From the sequence record PV400809.1: 64,000 nt of DNA. The stretch is one strand, 5' to 3'. Position 1 is the first letter of the stretch. Every line of letters begins with the position of its first letter. Positions 48,345 to 57,934 of the stretch are shown piece after piece. Made by a program: the position numbers and the translations under genes. The notes beneath the pieces are model-generated. The model saw nothing but the letters and a program-made list of their open reading frames with translations. It made no database searches and was not told where the DNA came from.

Positions 48345-48743
48345 CTATTTAAAAGCCATCGAAAAGGAGTGCTTAAAGCGCATAGAATCCGTGGAACAGA
48401 TCACTGTTACGCGGTCTCCAATAATGAGTTTACCCACGTCCTGGGGCAGCAGGGATTCGTTCGTATGGGTATTAAACCAAGCGCTGATCATCTCAGCGTT
48501 AATATCAGAACGGTGGAGTTTAAGACTGCTGTCAAGGTCCAGGGAACGATTCAGGGTGTGGGGTGTCAAACTGATGCGTTCGTGCTCATACCGTGTGCAA
48601 GGGATGCCGTCCCCGTGAAGGATGAACATCGCATTGAGGGTGGTGGGATTACGGCCTTGATATTCAATGTTCAAGGCCGTTGCTTTATCTAACCCGTGAA
48701 GACGACAAAAAGACTCCTTAATGAGTCTCAACTCTTTGGTCAT
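48345..48743 (-). CDS. Hypothetical (probable virion) protein
   Basis: 132 aa, GGAG RBS, late operon. Confidence 0.65.
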   Translation of the reverse strand: MTKELRLIKESFCRLHGLDKATALNIEYQGRNPTTLNAMFILHGDGIPCTRYEHERISLTPHTLNRSLDLDSSLKLHRSDINAEMISAWFNTHTNESLLPQDVGKLIIGDRVTVICSTDSMRFKHSFSMAFK

Positions 48744-48757
48744 TAGACTCTTCTCCT

Positions 48758-51079
48758 TTAGTCCTTATTAACGTCTTTAAATTGAAGTCTTCCACTAGGA
48801 GTGACCGCCGTAACCGGCCCTCTTAAGACCAGTCTGCCGTAGTTGGCGGGGTCAATCACCGTCGGGGGACTCAGCTCCTTAAACACAAGGCGGCCATAGT
48901 CCGCTGGACCTACGAGTGTTTCCTTATGCAGCTCTTTGAATACCAGACGCCCATAATTAGTTTCAGGGAGGCCCATACGATCTGCTGGTAACAGCCTGAA
49001 ATAGGAGTCATCGATTATCCGAACTGCATAGTCCAACAGGTTGGTGCTGAGATCCACCCGTTCAAAGATATCATCGCTACGCGCCACCCCATACCCTTCT
49101 GCAATCGCTGCCACCTCAGGGATCATAGGTTCAACCAGGGGATGAACCTCTTCAACGGTACGAACACCATCGAAATGGGTGGGAACATCCATCTGAACAT
49201 GGGTGTAATCCCCGAAGGCACCATTTCCCTTCCCAATCCACCGGGGATCCCCAACAAAGATCTCACTGGGGAGCTCCGTTAAGTCCGTACCGTCATCGAT
49301 TTCCTTAATGACCTGGATGGTGTAAGACGACAGCTGCATCATGATATCAATGAGGTTTGACTGTTTAATCCTCAAGGACGGGTTATTGTTGCTGTCCCAA
49401 CCCGTGATGCGTTTGAAGATCTCCCAGGCAAAGTTACGGGCTTCTTCCGGGGTGTATTCCGTAAAGTCGAACTCATACCGATTCAAGAGTTGTTGGTAGG
49501 TAGTCAGGTCCGTGATCGTGGCGTTTCCAGACTCGTACATGAACTTCGTGGTGTTCTCCATCCGCGTACGCATGTTCAAGTCGTAGAACTGACTCGACAT
49601 CTTCTTGTGTTTCCACATGAGCGCGTAAACTTCTTCAGAATACGCCATGAGGTATTCCGGTGCAATAAAGGTGTTCACCGGAATCCACACGTTACGGATG
49701 TCATACGCCATAATCGGCGTAATGAACGAAGGACCCCCAATATCAATCAAGGCTTCCAGGGTGGGAGGAACCGCTTTTAATACGTTGTGGTAATACGCCG
49801 GACAGATGTTGACCGGTTTTTGATCCCTGGCGAAGTCCACCAAGTACCGCCACACGTAGTAGGCATCCCCAACCGGGAGTCTGACCTGTTTACCGGATTT
49901 AGGATCGGTAACCAGAATACGCCCTTTAAAGTACCCCTTAGCGGTTAAGTAAATCCATTCATTAAAGACTACCGACATCTTGGTATCGATGTGACGGTTG
50001 GTGTAATCCATCATTTTGGATTCCAACGTCTTCGTGGGCAGTTCAGAATGGTTACTGTGTTTCCCTTTCTGCAACGCGTCGTGATAGTACATGGACGCTT
50101 GATTAGGGTTCTCTTTTGCCAAGGGTTGTTGTTTATCGATCATGTGTCGGGTATCGATAAACGTGGCTTCTCGACCGTAGTCTTCCTGCAAGTTAAGCTG
50201 GAGCCTACGGTACAGGGGATTGGGAACCAATTCTTCCAACTGATTCGCTGTATTCTCCACCATATCAAACTTGGCCAGGGGAATACGAGCGTGGGTCAGG
50301 AGGTTGTCCATCAACTTCCCAAAGGTATACTGCTGACCGGGGTTGTTATCAATCCATGCGATGTTGCGGTACAACCACATGGTTTGATACCGATCTAAAC
50401 TTTCCTTGTACTTGGAGAACGCCCCGTAGGAATCAATGTGACTCCAAATATAGAAATCATGAGCATACCGCGTCCCAATGGCTTCATGCCGAATGGTGCA
50501 AATGGCTTTGAACAGGTCAGCATACAGCAACATAATCCCGAAAGGGAGCATCAAGTCATCTGTTAACCGGTATTCGTGACGGAAGACTTGTTCCACTTCA
50601 CTGTAGATCCAAGCTTGGAGTTGAGGGATCAATTGGTCCTCATTCCATTGCACCAAAGCCTTATTGTATTTGAGGATCTTATAGTCCTCAGCCTCTATGG
50701 TCTCCTCGTAGGGGATTGGTGCAATAATGCCGCGAATCAATTCAGCTTGTCCCGGGTACCGTTCGACCAAGCGATTGAACCAATAGCCCCCGGTAGCATA
50801 CTCCCTGGCCGTCGCTAAATGGGTCACCAAGTTGTCTTTATTGAAGACAATTTCGTCACCGGTATCAATCGACGTAATAGTCATGATCTGATCATTGGGG
50901 TGGTAGTCCCCATTCAGGTTCATGTAGTACCGCCAGGTCCTTTTATCCAACCCGACAGGATAACCCGCTTCCTCCAGGACTTTGTTATCCCGTAAGGCAA
51001 TGGCTTCTATTTTGATGACCATGGTTCTGACTAGACGAAACACGTCAGTCAGATAAGCATTAAATTCAATATTGTCCAT
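48758..51079 (-). CDS. Virion structural protein (phiKZ gp128-like, probable baseplate wedge) with C-terminal peptide repeats
   Basis: WRYYMNLNGDYHP and SIDTGDEIVF pattern; start MDNIEF at 51079; 3-4 YGRL repeats at the C-terminus. Confidence 0.7.
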   Translation of the reverse strand: MDNIEFNAYLTDVFRLVRTMVIKIEAIALRDNKVLEEAGYPVGLDKRTWRYYMNLNGDYHPNDQIMTITSIDTGDEIVFNKDNLVTHLATAREYATGGYWFNRLVERYPGQAELIRGIIAPIPYEETIEAEDYKILKYNKALVQWNEDQLIPQLQAWIYSEVEQVFRHEYRLTDDLMLPFGIMLLYADLFKAICTIRHEAIGTRYAHDFYIWSHIDSYGAFSKYKESLDRYQTMWLYRNIAWIDNNPGQQYTFGKLMDNLLTHARIPLAKFDMVENTANQLEELVPNPLYRRLQLNLQEDYGREATFIDTRHMIDKQQPLAKENPNQASMYYHDALQKGKHSNHSELPTKTLESKMMDYTNRHIDTKMSVVFNEWIYLTAKGYFKGRILVTDPKSGKQVRLPVGDAYYVWRYLVDFARDQKPVNICPAYYHNVLKAVPPTLEALIDIGGPSFITPIMAYDIRNVWIPVNTFIAPEYLMAYSEEVYALMWKHKKMSSQFYDLNMRTRMENTTKFMYESGNATITDLTTYQQLLNRYEFDFTEYTPEEARNFAWEIFKRITGWDSNNNPSLRIKQSNLIDIMMQLSSYTIQVIKEIDDGTDLTELPSEIFVGDPRWIGKGNGAFGDYTHVQMDVPTHFDGVRTVEEVHPLVEPMIPEVAAIAEGYGVARSDDIFERVDLSTNLLDYAVRIIDDSYFRLLPADRMGLPETNYGRLVFKELHKETLVGPADYGRLVFKELSPPTVIDPANYGRLVLRGPVTAVTPSGRLQFKDVNKD
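48770..48970 (-). repeat. Tandem ~19-aa P-x-[DN]-YGRL-x-FKE coding repeat
   Basis: PETNYGRLVFKEL / PADYGRLVFKEL / PANYGRLVLRG / PSGRLQFKD. Confidence 0.9.
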
Positions 51080-51101
51080 AGTTCGCTCGAAGAGGTTAAG
51101 A

Positions 51102-54074
51102 ATGGTCGATACATCTCGTAGACAGTCCAAGGGTAACACGCAGGTGGATTTTGCTGCTTTGCGTAAATCGTTGACGACTCAAAACCCAGTGGTTGCAGCG
51201 ACCCTGCGTAATGCTACGCCTCGTAACGGTTCATCCCCTGAACGGGATGAGATCAACGGTCATCGGACGGTTAACCCTTACAAACTGGAAAAGCTGAGTA
51301 ATATCATCAGCAACAACATTAACGCGGCTACTGATTTGCGGTTAATCACGCCGTATATCGACAAAGCCACCTTGATCTGGCAGACGTGTCTACTCTACCC
51401 CAATGGGAAGCAAGACAAAATCCTCACCTACGACACCCAACCGTCCCCTATTAAAAATGCAAAATTGCATGATGAACTCCTCACCATCTGGGATGGCTAC
51501 TATACCAATGACTATAAGATCGAGAAAGATTTGAGGGAAATGATCGCGGATATTCTCTTCAATACCGGGAGTTATGTGCTGTTTAACTTGAGTCGCCCAG
51601 GTCTCGATTATTTGATCAACGGTGCGGAGCAATCCGGGGATGTTGCCGGTAACGAACAGTTCATGACCCAGGCTAAAGAGATGCTAAGTCATGAGTTCGT
51701 AGTCGTCAACGGTAAAGTCCGGGTGAAGAACAAAGGTGTCTTTGTCGGTAATAGAACCAGTCATAATACAAATAACACCGTCAGTGGTCTAGAATCCCTT
51801 TTCCTGAACCCTTCTTCTCAGGATGCTGGAGTGGAATTCAATATCTTTGAAGACGATAAAGACTCTGTCTCGAAGGAATTGGCTCAGCTGATTGATATTA
51901 CCCTGACCGATAACCCAGCGGTCTTGTACCTCCAGAAGTTCGAGGAAAGTAAACGTCGGTCGAATGTTGCCGCGGTAACGGGAGCGGAAGGGTTGGACCT
52001 TATTATCCAAACCGCTCTGGTGGCTCGTACGAACCCTGGAGATGATCAACAGCACTATACGGATGCAGATGGTAAGAAACGCAAACGTAAGAAGCCTGCT
52101 GATCCTCAAGCCACTACCGTTAACTTAACAGAAGGTGAATTGAATGAGTTGAGTAACCGTTTGTTCCCTCAACGGAATCCGGTGAGTCAGATCATTCAAT
52201 TCAGTAAACCCGTCGATGCCTTGAAGATTGCACCCTATGGACGGGGGATTACCTACAAGGTTCCCAGTGAAGCGGTGATTCCGATTCACATTAACGGGAG
52301 TAATGGAACTCAAACGGACTTTATCCTCCTCACGGATCCTCGGGATGGGAGTTTCCTGAAGAATACGAATGACTTCGAGTACTACCAGAGTAACCGAAGC
52401 AATGCCAGTATGATTGCTAACCGCCCTAAAAACGGTAGTACGAACAACCTGGTTAAACAGCTTCGTCAGATCCAAGAAGGGAAAGAATGTGATTTCGATA
52501 TGACCGAGTTCATTGAGATCTCGAAATCGAATATCATTCGACGGTACATGCAGTCAGTCCTCAGTGGTCGCGGGGAGAATATCAGCATTGAAATCGATGA
52601 GGAAGCCAACAAGATCTTCCTGCAACGCATTTTCCGTAGGCAGGGGATTCGGTGTTTGTATGTGCCTGGGGAAGCGATGACCTATATGGCCCTGAACTAT
52701 AACCGTTTAGGGATTGGTCAGTCGTTGACTCAAATGGCTAAAATGCACATTGCTCGTTTAGCGGCCTTAGACCTCGCTGACGCGTTGGCGAACCTAGAGG
52801 CGGCTACACCCCACACCCAAATGACGATTAACCTCCAGGAGAACGACGCAGAGCCTTTTGCGGGTATTGCGGCGACCAGGGCAGCGTTCTTTGAAGCTAA
52901 CCCACGGTTGCACAGTATTCTCTCAACATCTCAACTATCAGTCCCCATGATTGTGGATACCTTGAGGGAGAACTCCTTAACAGTTAAAGTCAACGCGGGT
53001 GAGAACCCTTACTTCCCTGCCTCGGATATTCAGCTCGATCAATTGGAAAAGAACATCTTCCGCCCGGTCGATCAGAATAGTCGTACGGAGCTGTTGAACA
53101 AGATCGCCAACTACTTCCACCTGTCTCGGAGTTGGTTGGATGTCAGTGACGATCAGAACAACTTCCAGATTGAGGCCCTGGCTGAACACCAGATGCTCCT
53201 GAACCAAATCGTTAACTGGCAAGAACGCCTGGCAGACTTCATTATTGACTTCGAACGTAAGCATGCTCACGTGAACGGGCCTTTAATGAAGAAGTTGGTG
53301 ACCAAGATCTCGGAGAATAAGAAACTCTGGTCACCGGACAGTAAGGAGAAACTGGAAGGGTCTGACGAAGAGATCATTAAAATGATTCTCGTCGACTTCT
53401 TGACTAACCTTAAAGCCCACTTCCCCATCCCCAGTTCTGTTGAAACGACCGCTAAACTCAAGGACAGTTTGGATACGGTGAGTCAGCTGGTGGAGTCGTG
53501 GGTTGCCATGGCGGGTCATTCGGGTAACCTGAAACAGATTGCTGAGCTCTTGGGTATTCCGGAATCTGATGACGGAGAAGGGAATAACAAGAACCTGACG
53601 GCGATTAACGAGCAAGTGAAGTCAGTGCTCACGGTTGAAGCCTTCAGGCGCTATAACCTCCCGATGCCATTTGACGACATCCTTAACGATGGTAAGGGTG
53701 GTGGTCTTGCTTCCTTGGTGAACGCCGTTGTGAGTCAGCGTCAGAATGTCGGGGAGTTCCTGGCAGCCCTGATTGCAGGGACTCGTGATGCGGATGCTAA
53801 GGTCATTAAGGCACACGCCAAGAAGATCGATAAGGCTGATAAAGACCTCCAAGAAGCCAGGGATAAGGCGAATCTCCCTGAAGGGGATCAGAACGCCTTA
53901 GAGAATACCCCTCCCGGGGAAGAGGAAGAACCGGAAGGTATAGAGGAAGAGGAAGGTTCTGAAGCAGGTACTGAAGGAGAGGAGGAAGAAGAAACCTCTC
54001 CTGAGGGTGAAGAAGGCAATGAGGATGGGACCAATCCTGAAGAGAACAGTCCCGATACCAATCCCTTTGCTTAA
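51102..54074 (+). CDS. Putative portal protein (phiKZ gp129-like) with acidic C-terminal tail
   Basis: About 990 aa, divergent from the gp128-like gene as I recall in phiKZ; AGAGG RBS; portal call rests on size and synteny. Confidence 0.5.
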   Translation: MVDTSRRQSKGNTQVDFAALRKSLTTQNPVVAATLRNATPRNGSSPERDEINGHRTVNPYKLEKLSNIISNNINAATDLRLITPYIDKATLIWQTCLLYPNGKQDKILTYDTQPSPIKNAKLHDELLTIWDGYYTNDYKIEKDLREMIADILFNTGSYVLFNLSRPGLDYLINGAEQSGDVAGNEQFMTQAKEMLSHEFVVVNGKVRVKNKGVFVGNRTSHNTNNTVSGLESLFLNPSSQDAGVEFNIFEDDKDSVSKELAQLIDITLTDNPAVLYLQKFEESKRRSNVAAVTGAEGLDLIIQTALVARTNPGDDQQHYTDADGKKRKRKKPADPQATTVNLTEGELNELSNRLFPQRNPVSQIIQFSKPVDALKIAPYGRGITYKVPSEAVIPIHINGSNGTQTDFILLTDPRDGSFLKNTNDFEYYQSNRSNASMIANRPKNGSTNNLVKQLRQIQEGKECDFDMTEFIEISKSNIIRRYMQSVLSGRGENISIEIDEEANKIFLQRIFRRQGIRCLYVPGEAMTYMALNYNRLGIGQSLTQMAKMHIARLAALDLADALANLEAATPHTQMTINLQENDAEPFAGIAATRAAFFEANPRLHSILSTSQLSVPMIVDTLRENSLTVKVNAGENPYFPASDIQLDQLEKNIFRPVDQNSRTELLNKIANYFHLSRSWLDVSDDQNNFQIEALAEHQMLLNQIVNWQERLADFIIDFERKHAHVNGPLMKKLVTKISENKKLWSPDSKEKLEGSDEEIIKMILVDFLTNLKAHFPIPSSVETTAKLKDSLDTVSQLVESWVAMAGHSGNLKQIAELLGIPESDDGEGNNKNLTAINEQVKSVLTVEAFRRYNLPMPFDDILNDGKGGGLASLVNAVVSQRQNVGEFLAALIAGTRDADAKVIKAHAKKIDKADKDLQEARDKANLPEGDQNALENTPPGEEEEPEGIEEEEGSEAGTEGEEEEETSPEGEEGNEDGTNPEENSPDTNPFA

Positions 54075-54092
54075 TCAAAAATAAACGTTATA

Positions 54093-54137
54093 CCCCCTAA
54101 CCCCTAGCCCCTTTAACAGGGCTAGGGGTTAGGGGTT
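54093..54137. terminator. Bidirectional terminator
   Basis: CCCCTAACCCCTAGCCC/GGGCTAGGGGTTAGGGG stem flanked by A- and T-tracts. Confidence 0.75.
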
Positions 54138-54146
54138 TATTCAGTG

Positions 54147-54704
54147 TTACTCTTTACTCTCAATGATGTACGGCATGAAGAAGGTCGGACCCAGGCCTTC
54201 CATTGCACGGTAGAAGTTCAGCGAGCGCAGTTCTACCGAGGTTTCAGGATTACCCACCAGGATCGACAGGTTTTTCAGGTCGATCTTCTTGCGTTTGGCG
54301 AATTCCACATAACGCTGTACGGCGACATCGATGTAGTATTCTTCGGGGATAAGACCCGGACGGGTAACCTTACGGACTTCTTCCACCATCTCAATAAGGA
54401 GTTCTTTATTGAATTCCCCATTGTCATAGAGCGACAGTACATTGATCAGAATGTTGTCGAAGTCCTGGTTATCCTCTTCACTCTCGTCTTTCGAGGCTTT
54501 GGGAGACGTTTGAGGGGTAGCGGGAGCTGGCTGAGCGGGAGGAGTCACCGGAGGGGTGGTTACCGCTTTAGCCTTCTCGTCCTCAGGAGTGGAGGGGTTC
54601 TTCTGATCGTTGTTTTTCGACATCGCTTTAACCTCTTGGTAAGTCGGGGGATAAGACATAATATTCGTACAGTCTGTATCCGTTAGAAACCGGTCGAGTA
54701 ACAC
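54147..54704 (-). CDS. Hypothetical protein with Pro-rich disordered N-terminus
   Basis: TPPVTPPAQPAPATPQ linker; start probably MSKNN. Confidence 0.65.
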   Translation of the reverse strand: MLLDRFLTDTDCTNIMSYPPTYQEVKAMSKNNDQKNPSTPEDEKAKAVTTPPVTPPAQPAPATPQTSPKASKDESEEDNQDFDNILINVLSLYDNGEFNKELLIEMVEEVRKVTRPGLIPEEYYIDVAVQRYVEFAKRKKIDLKNLSILVGNPETSVELRSLNFYRAMEGLGPTFFMPYIIESKE

Positions 54705-54720
54705 GGCATTAAGACAAAAA

Positions 54721-55070
54721 ATAAAAGGAGCGAGGGGAGGAGGAACCCACCTGCTTAGAGCCGATGGCTGTCCCTCCTCCCCTTAACTTGCTAGGTGTTC
54801 AACCAGCGCTAGTTTAGCACCTTCACAAGCCGCCTCACCGTCCGAGAACCTTCCCGCCGACAGCACCGAAAAGGAGACTGAAGTCCAGGTCAATAGCTCA
54901 ACAGTGTGACTTGACGATAGCGGCTATACCGTCCATAGGGTTCGGAGTATGAGTTTTGCCAAGCTCATACTCGACGAGTACCACGCCTTATCACCCTTAA
55001 GTTCAGGCGGGACCCGCAGACGCGGATTAATATGACACGTTGTCCGTATATAATACCGTCAACGTGTTAA
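54721..55070 (-). ncRNA. Candidate structured non-coding RNA
   Basis: About 350 nt with no long ORF in a gene-dense genome; several stems plus a terminal hairpin and T-tract. Confidence 0.35.
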
Positions 55071-55073
55071 AAC

Positions 55074-55319
55074 TTACTCTCCGTAATCGAGAGTGTCGTA
55101 AACCATCGACCGAGCCACTTCGGCGATAGTGTCGTCGTCGATCAGACGATGACCGTCCTCATTGCGATCTGCTTTATTCCACGCAGAACTTTCACCGAGT
55201 GCGTTCACACATATCTTCCCCCGGTAACCCCTGGCGTCGAGGATAAGTCGAGCACGACGAATCACCTCCGTATCGAATTCCCCGTGGGTCTTGAACACCT
55301 TAAGGTTCTTTTTAGCCAT
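55074..55319 (-). CDS. Hypothetical protein
   Basis: 81 aa, AAGGA RBS. Confidence 0.7.
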   Translation of the reverse strand: MAKKNLKVFKTHGEFDTEVIRRARLILDARGYRGKICVNALGESSAWNKADRNEDGHRLIDDDTIAEVARSMVYDTLDYGE

Positions 55320-55330
55320 GATTGACGTCC

Positions 55331-56356
55331 TTAAATTGCCACTAACTCAACATGAGTCAATTGATTGAGATCGGAGGTCAGTTGCTCAGTATAGGATACC
55401 TGATACGCACCGCCCAGGGTATCGATGTGGAACACAACAGCATCCAAGGCCAGCTTATTCACACGACGTACTTTAACCAGGATTTGCTGATCCTCAGGCA
55501 CCGTAAGTTTCACGGTCTCTTTATCGGGTGTCACAGGGGGGTAGAGGGACTCAATGAAGAGTACAGCTTTCTTAGCCTCAAAGACCTGATCAATCCATTC
55601 ACTCCCGTTATGAAGCAAACGGTAACCCTTGTCTTCAGATCCCTCAATATGGAAAAAGGGTTTGGGATGTCCTATACCCTTAGTGACCCTTACGACCTGG
55701 ACGTTGATAAGACCTACACCCAATCCTCGGAAGAGTATAGTCACGTGGCCCTCTGTAGAGAATTTTGTCATGGCAATGTCTCCCTTTACGAACTCGTGGT
55801 TTTCATCCAATTGGTAAGGAACGCCAGGTTCGAGACCGTCCTCACCGATATATCCAACTGCTGTGCGGTAACGATTGGCTTCACTGTCGAAGTACTGGAT
55901 GTGGATCTTTCCATTCTTTCCAGCGGACGCAACGCCATCGAGTCCAACGATAGCAGTCCCCCAATCTCCAGCGGTAGCTTTCCCTTTCTTTCCGGCGGTG
56001 GCAGTACCTAAGTATCCGACAGTAGCCGTACTGTAATTTCCGGCGGTGGCGATGCCATGGTCACCAGCGGTGGCGCTGGCGCAATCTCCGGCGATAGCCA
56101 TGCCTTTATTTCCGGCAGAGGCGATACCAAAGCGTTCAACGATGGCTGTCCCATAGTCTCCAGAAACAGCGTGTCCATTGTTCGCAGCGGTGGCGACGCT
56201 ATTTTTTCCAGCGATGGCGGTCCCGTGTTCCCCCACATGGCAAGACCCGTTGTCACCGACTTGAAGGACATGACCACAGCTGGCTCGTTGAAAGGGTGTT
56301 TCTTTATGTTTCATGACCTTCTCCAAAATACAGCGATTGGGTATCCAATCTGTCAC
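55331..56356 (-). CDS. Octapeptide-repeat (A-T-A-G-x-x-G-x) beta-solenoid protein fused to a second domain
   Basis: About 13 repeats such as ATAGDHGI, ATAGKKGK, ATAGDWGT, capped by GYIGEDGLEPGVPYQLD; internal RBS and ATG near 55771. Confidence 0.75.
   Translation of the reverse strand: MTDWIPNRCILEKVMKHKETPFQRASCGHVLQVGDNGSCHVGEHGTAIAGKNSVATAANNGHAVSGDYGTAIVERFGIASAGNKGMAIAGDCASATAGDHGIATAGNYSTATVGYLGTATAGKKGKATAGDWGTAIVGLDGVASAGKNGKIHIQYFDSEANRYRTAVGYIGEDGLEPGVPYQLDENHEFVKGDIAMTKFSTEGHVTILFRGLGVGLINVQVVRVTKGIGHPKPFFHIEGSEDKGYRLLHNGSEWIDQVFEAKKAVLFIESLYPPVTPDKETVKLTVPEDQQILVKVRRVNKLALDAVVFHIDTLGGAYQVSYTEQLTSDLNQLTHVELVAI
55930..56245 (-). repeat. 24-nt period coding repeat
   Basis: Recurring (A/T)GCGGTGGC/GGCGGTGGC units about every 24 nt. 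Confidence 0.75.
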
Positions 56357-56489
56357 TCTCGGTAGCTTAAAGGCTAAACGGCTTATTAAGCAAACCGCCC
56401 GGGTTCTACCGAAAACCCGTTTAAGAAGGGTTGGAGACTACACGTGTGATTTAACGGCGTTTACGTGAGTCCCCTCCTTCACGCAGGGG

Positions 56490-56993
56490 TTATTCCTTTA
56501 AAGACAGAGTGGAGTGGTCTTCAGGTTCAGGGGCATGCAGTACTTCAATGCAACGAAAGACAGCGAATGTAGCGTTATTCTCCGCCCTTAACCTTTTAGC
56601 TTCCGTAATAGCTTTTGCTCTGGAGGAATGTCGGTAAGGTCGAGGTGACATATACACGACACCATTTTCACCTACCCTCCCAATAACGTAACGTCCAATC
56701 GGGTTGGTATAGTGTTCTTGAGTGACGTTATTTTGGAACAGTACGTTATTGTGATAAAATTTGAACCCTCTGAACATCCAGAGGGTTCTCTTATCTTTGT
56801 ATTTCCCTTCCTGGTCCTTCTCCAGGTAGATCTCCGCTTTGTTTGTACCCATCACTGGCTGAAGATGTTTTTTCTTCATATGAAACTCAAACTCTTCACG
56901 CAGATTGAGTTTCATATCCTCAGTAACCTTACGGTGATCGTTAGGAGAAGGGGGAGGTGTTTCATTTTGAATTATTCGATCGGTCACTTTCAC
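56490..56993 (-). CDS. Hypothetical protein
   Basis: 167 aa, translationally coupled to the upstream gene. Confidence 0.65.
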   Translation of the reverse strand: MKVTDRIIQNETPPPSPNDHRKVTEDMKLNLREEFEFHMKKKHLQPVMGTNKAEIYLEKDQEGKYKDKRTLWMFRGFKFYHNNVLFQNNVTQEHYTNPIGRYVIGRVGENGVVYMSPRPYRHSSRAKAITEAKRLRAENNATFAVFRCIEVLHAPEPEDHSTLSLKE

Positions 56994-57748
56994 ACCTCCG
57001 GGTCGTCGTAATCGTCTTCATAACGGTCATCAAACGACCTGTTGTATTCGAATGCTTCGATCCTGGCCTGACGTTCAGCTTCCTTACGCCGGCTGGTGCG
57101 CGCACGCGGCAGACAACGGTTGAAGATCTTGCGGAACTTCTTCTTACTGATGAGATAATGGCAGTAAGCACCATCACCACAGGAGGTTGCCTGACGAATG
57201 ATATCACCGCACATCAGCGAAATCAACTTATCCATATCGATCAGATGAGTGGCGAAGTTATTTTTATTAACCTCTTCCAATTTTCCGTAGATGAAATGAT
57301 AGATCGAGTCGATGTAGTAGTAGTTGGGGTGTTTGTTGATGGGAAGGTGGGTGTCAGGATCCAGGGGGTGGGTGGCTCTGGTTTTCCACAGACTGTCCTC
57401 CACGTCATTCTCCTCAGCACGGAGAGGACCATCCCCCCGTTTAATGATCTTGCGCGCCCAGTGGACGTTAATCGCCGCACGGTCCTTTAGAACAGCCACC
57501 CAACTGTCCGGCCCATTGGGGACTACACCCTCCACTTCCGCTTCGAACGTTGCGTACCGCTGACCAGGAAACTCACGTTCGTCCTCTTTCAGAAAACGCT
57601 GGGTTGGGGACTCGAACACCGCGATCGTTCCTTTGGGGAAGTGGGCAGCGCCAAAGGGACATTCGCGTTTCTTTTCTTTACGATTCTGGATGACCCATTC
57701 CAGTCGGTCTTTACTGAGACGTCCAACAGGTACACGAAAAGGTTTCAT
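56990..57748 (-). CDS. Hypothetical protein
   Basis: 252 aa, AAGGA RBS. Confidence 0.7.
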   Translation of the reverse strand: MKPFRVPVGRLSKDRLEWVIQNRKEKKRECPFGAAHFPKGTIAVFESPTQRFLKEDEREFPGQRYATFEAEVEGVVPNGPDSWVAVLKDRAAINVHWARKIIKRGDGPLRAEENDVEDSLWKTRATHPLDPDTHLPINKHPNYYYIDSIYHFIYGKLEEVNKNNFATHLIDMDKLISLMCGDIIRQATSCGDGAYCHYLISKKKFRKIFNRCLPRARTSRRKEAERQARIEAFEYNRSFDDRYEDDYDDPEV

Positions 57749-57787
57749 AATACTATCCTTCTGTTTAACAGATTGTTTAACAACGGT

Positions 57788-57928
57788 TTAGTGGAGATTC
57801 TCAACGAAGTGAATATCCCACTGGGTGTATTGGGTTTCCCGCATGAAGAGTTCAACCGCTTCTATCAAGGTCATTTGGTGGGGGGCTTCCCAAGTGTCCT
57901 TGTTGTAACACGTGAATTTCCAAAACAT
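57788..57928 (-). CDS. Small protein (46 aa), absent from ORF track
   Basis: MFWKFTCYNKDTWEAPHQMTLIEAVELF…ENLH fills the intergenic gap; GGGGT RBS. Confidence 0.5.
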   Translation of the reverse strand: MFWKFTCYNKDTWEAPHQMTLIEAVELFMRETQYTQWDIHFVENLH

Positions 57929-57934
57929 GACCAA

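Noticed and set aside
47692-48618. 308-aa plus-strand ORF
   Set aside because: Antisense to real minus-strand structural genes; no recognisable motifs
51072-51139. Apparent 68-nt overlap of divergent ORFs in the track
   Set aside because: Artefact of longest-ORF starts; the likely starts at 51079 and 51102 do not overlap
54721-55070. tmRNA, SRP or RNase P identity for the structured interval
   Set aside because: No tRNA-like ends, T-loop/CCA, SRP helix-8 or RNase P P4 consensus seen
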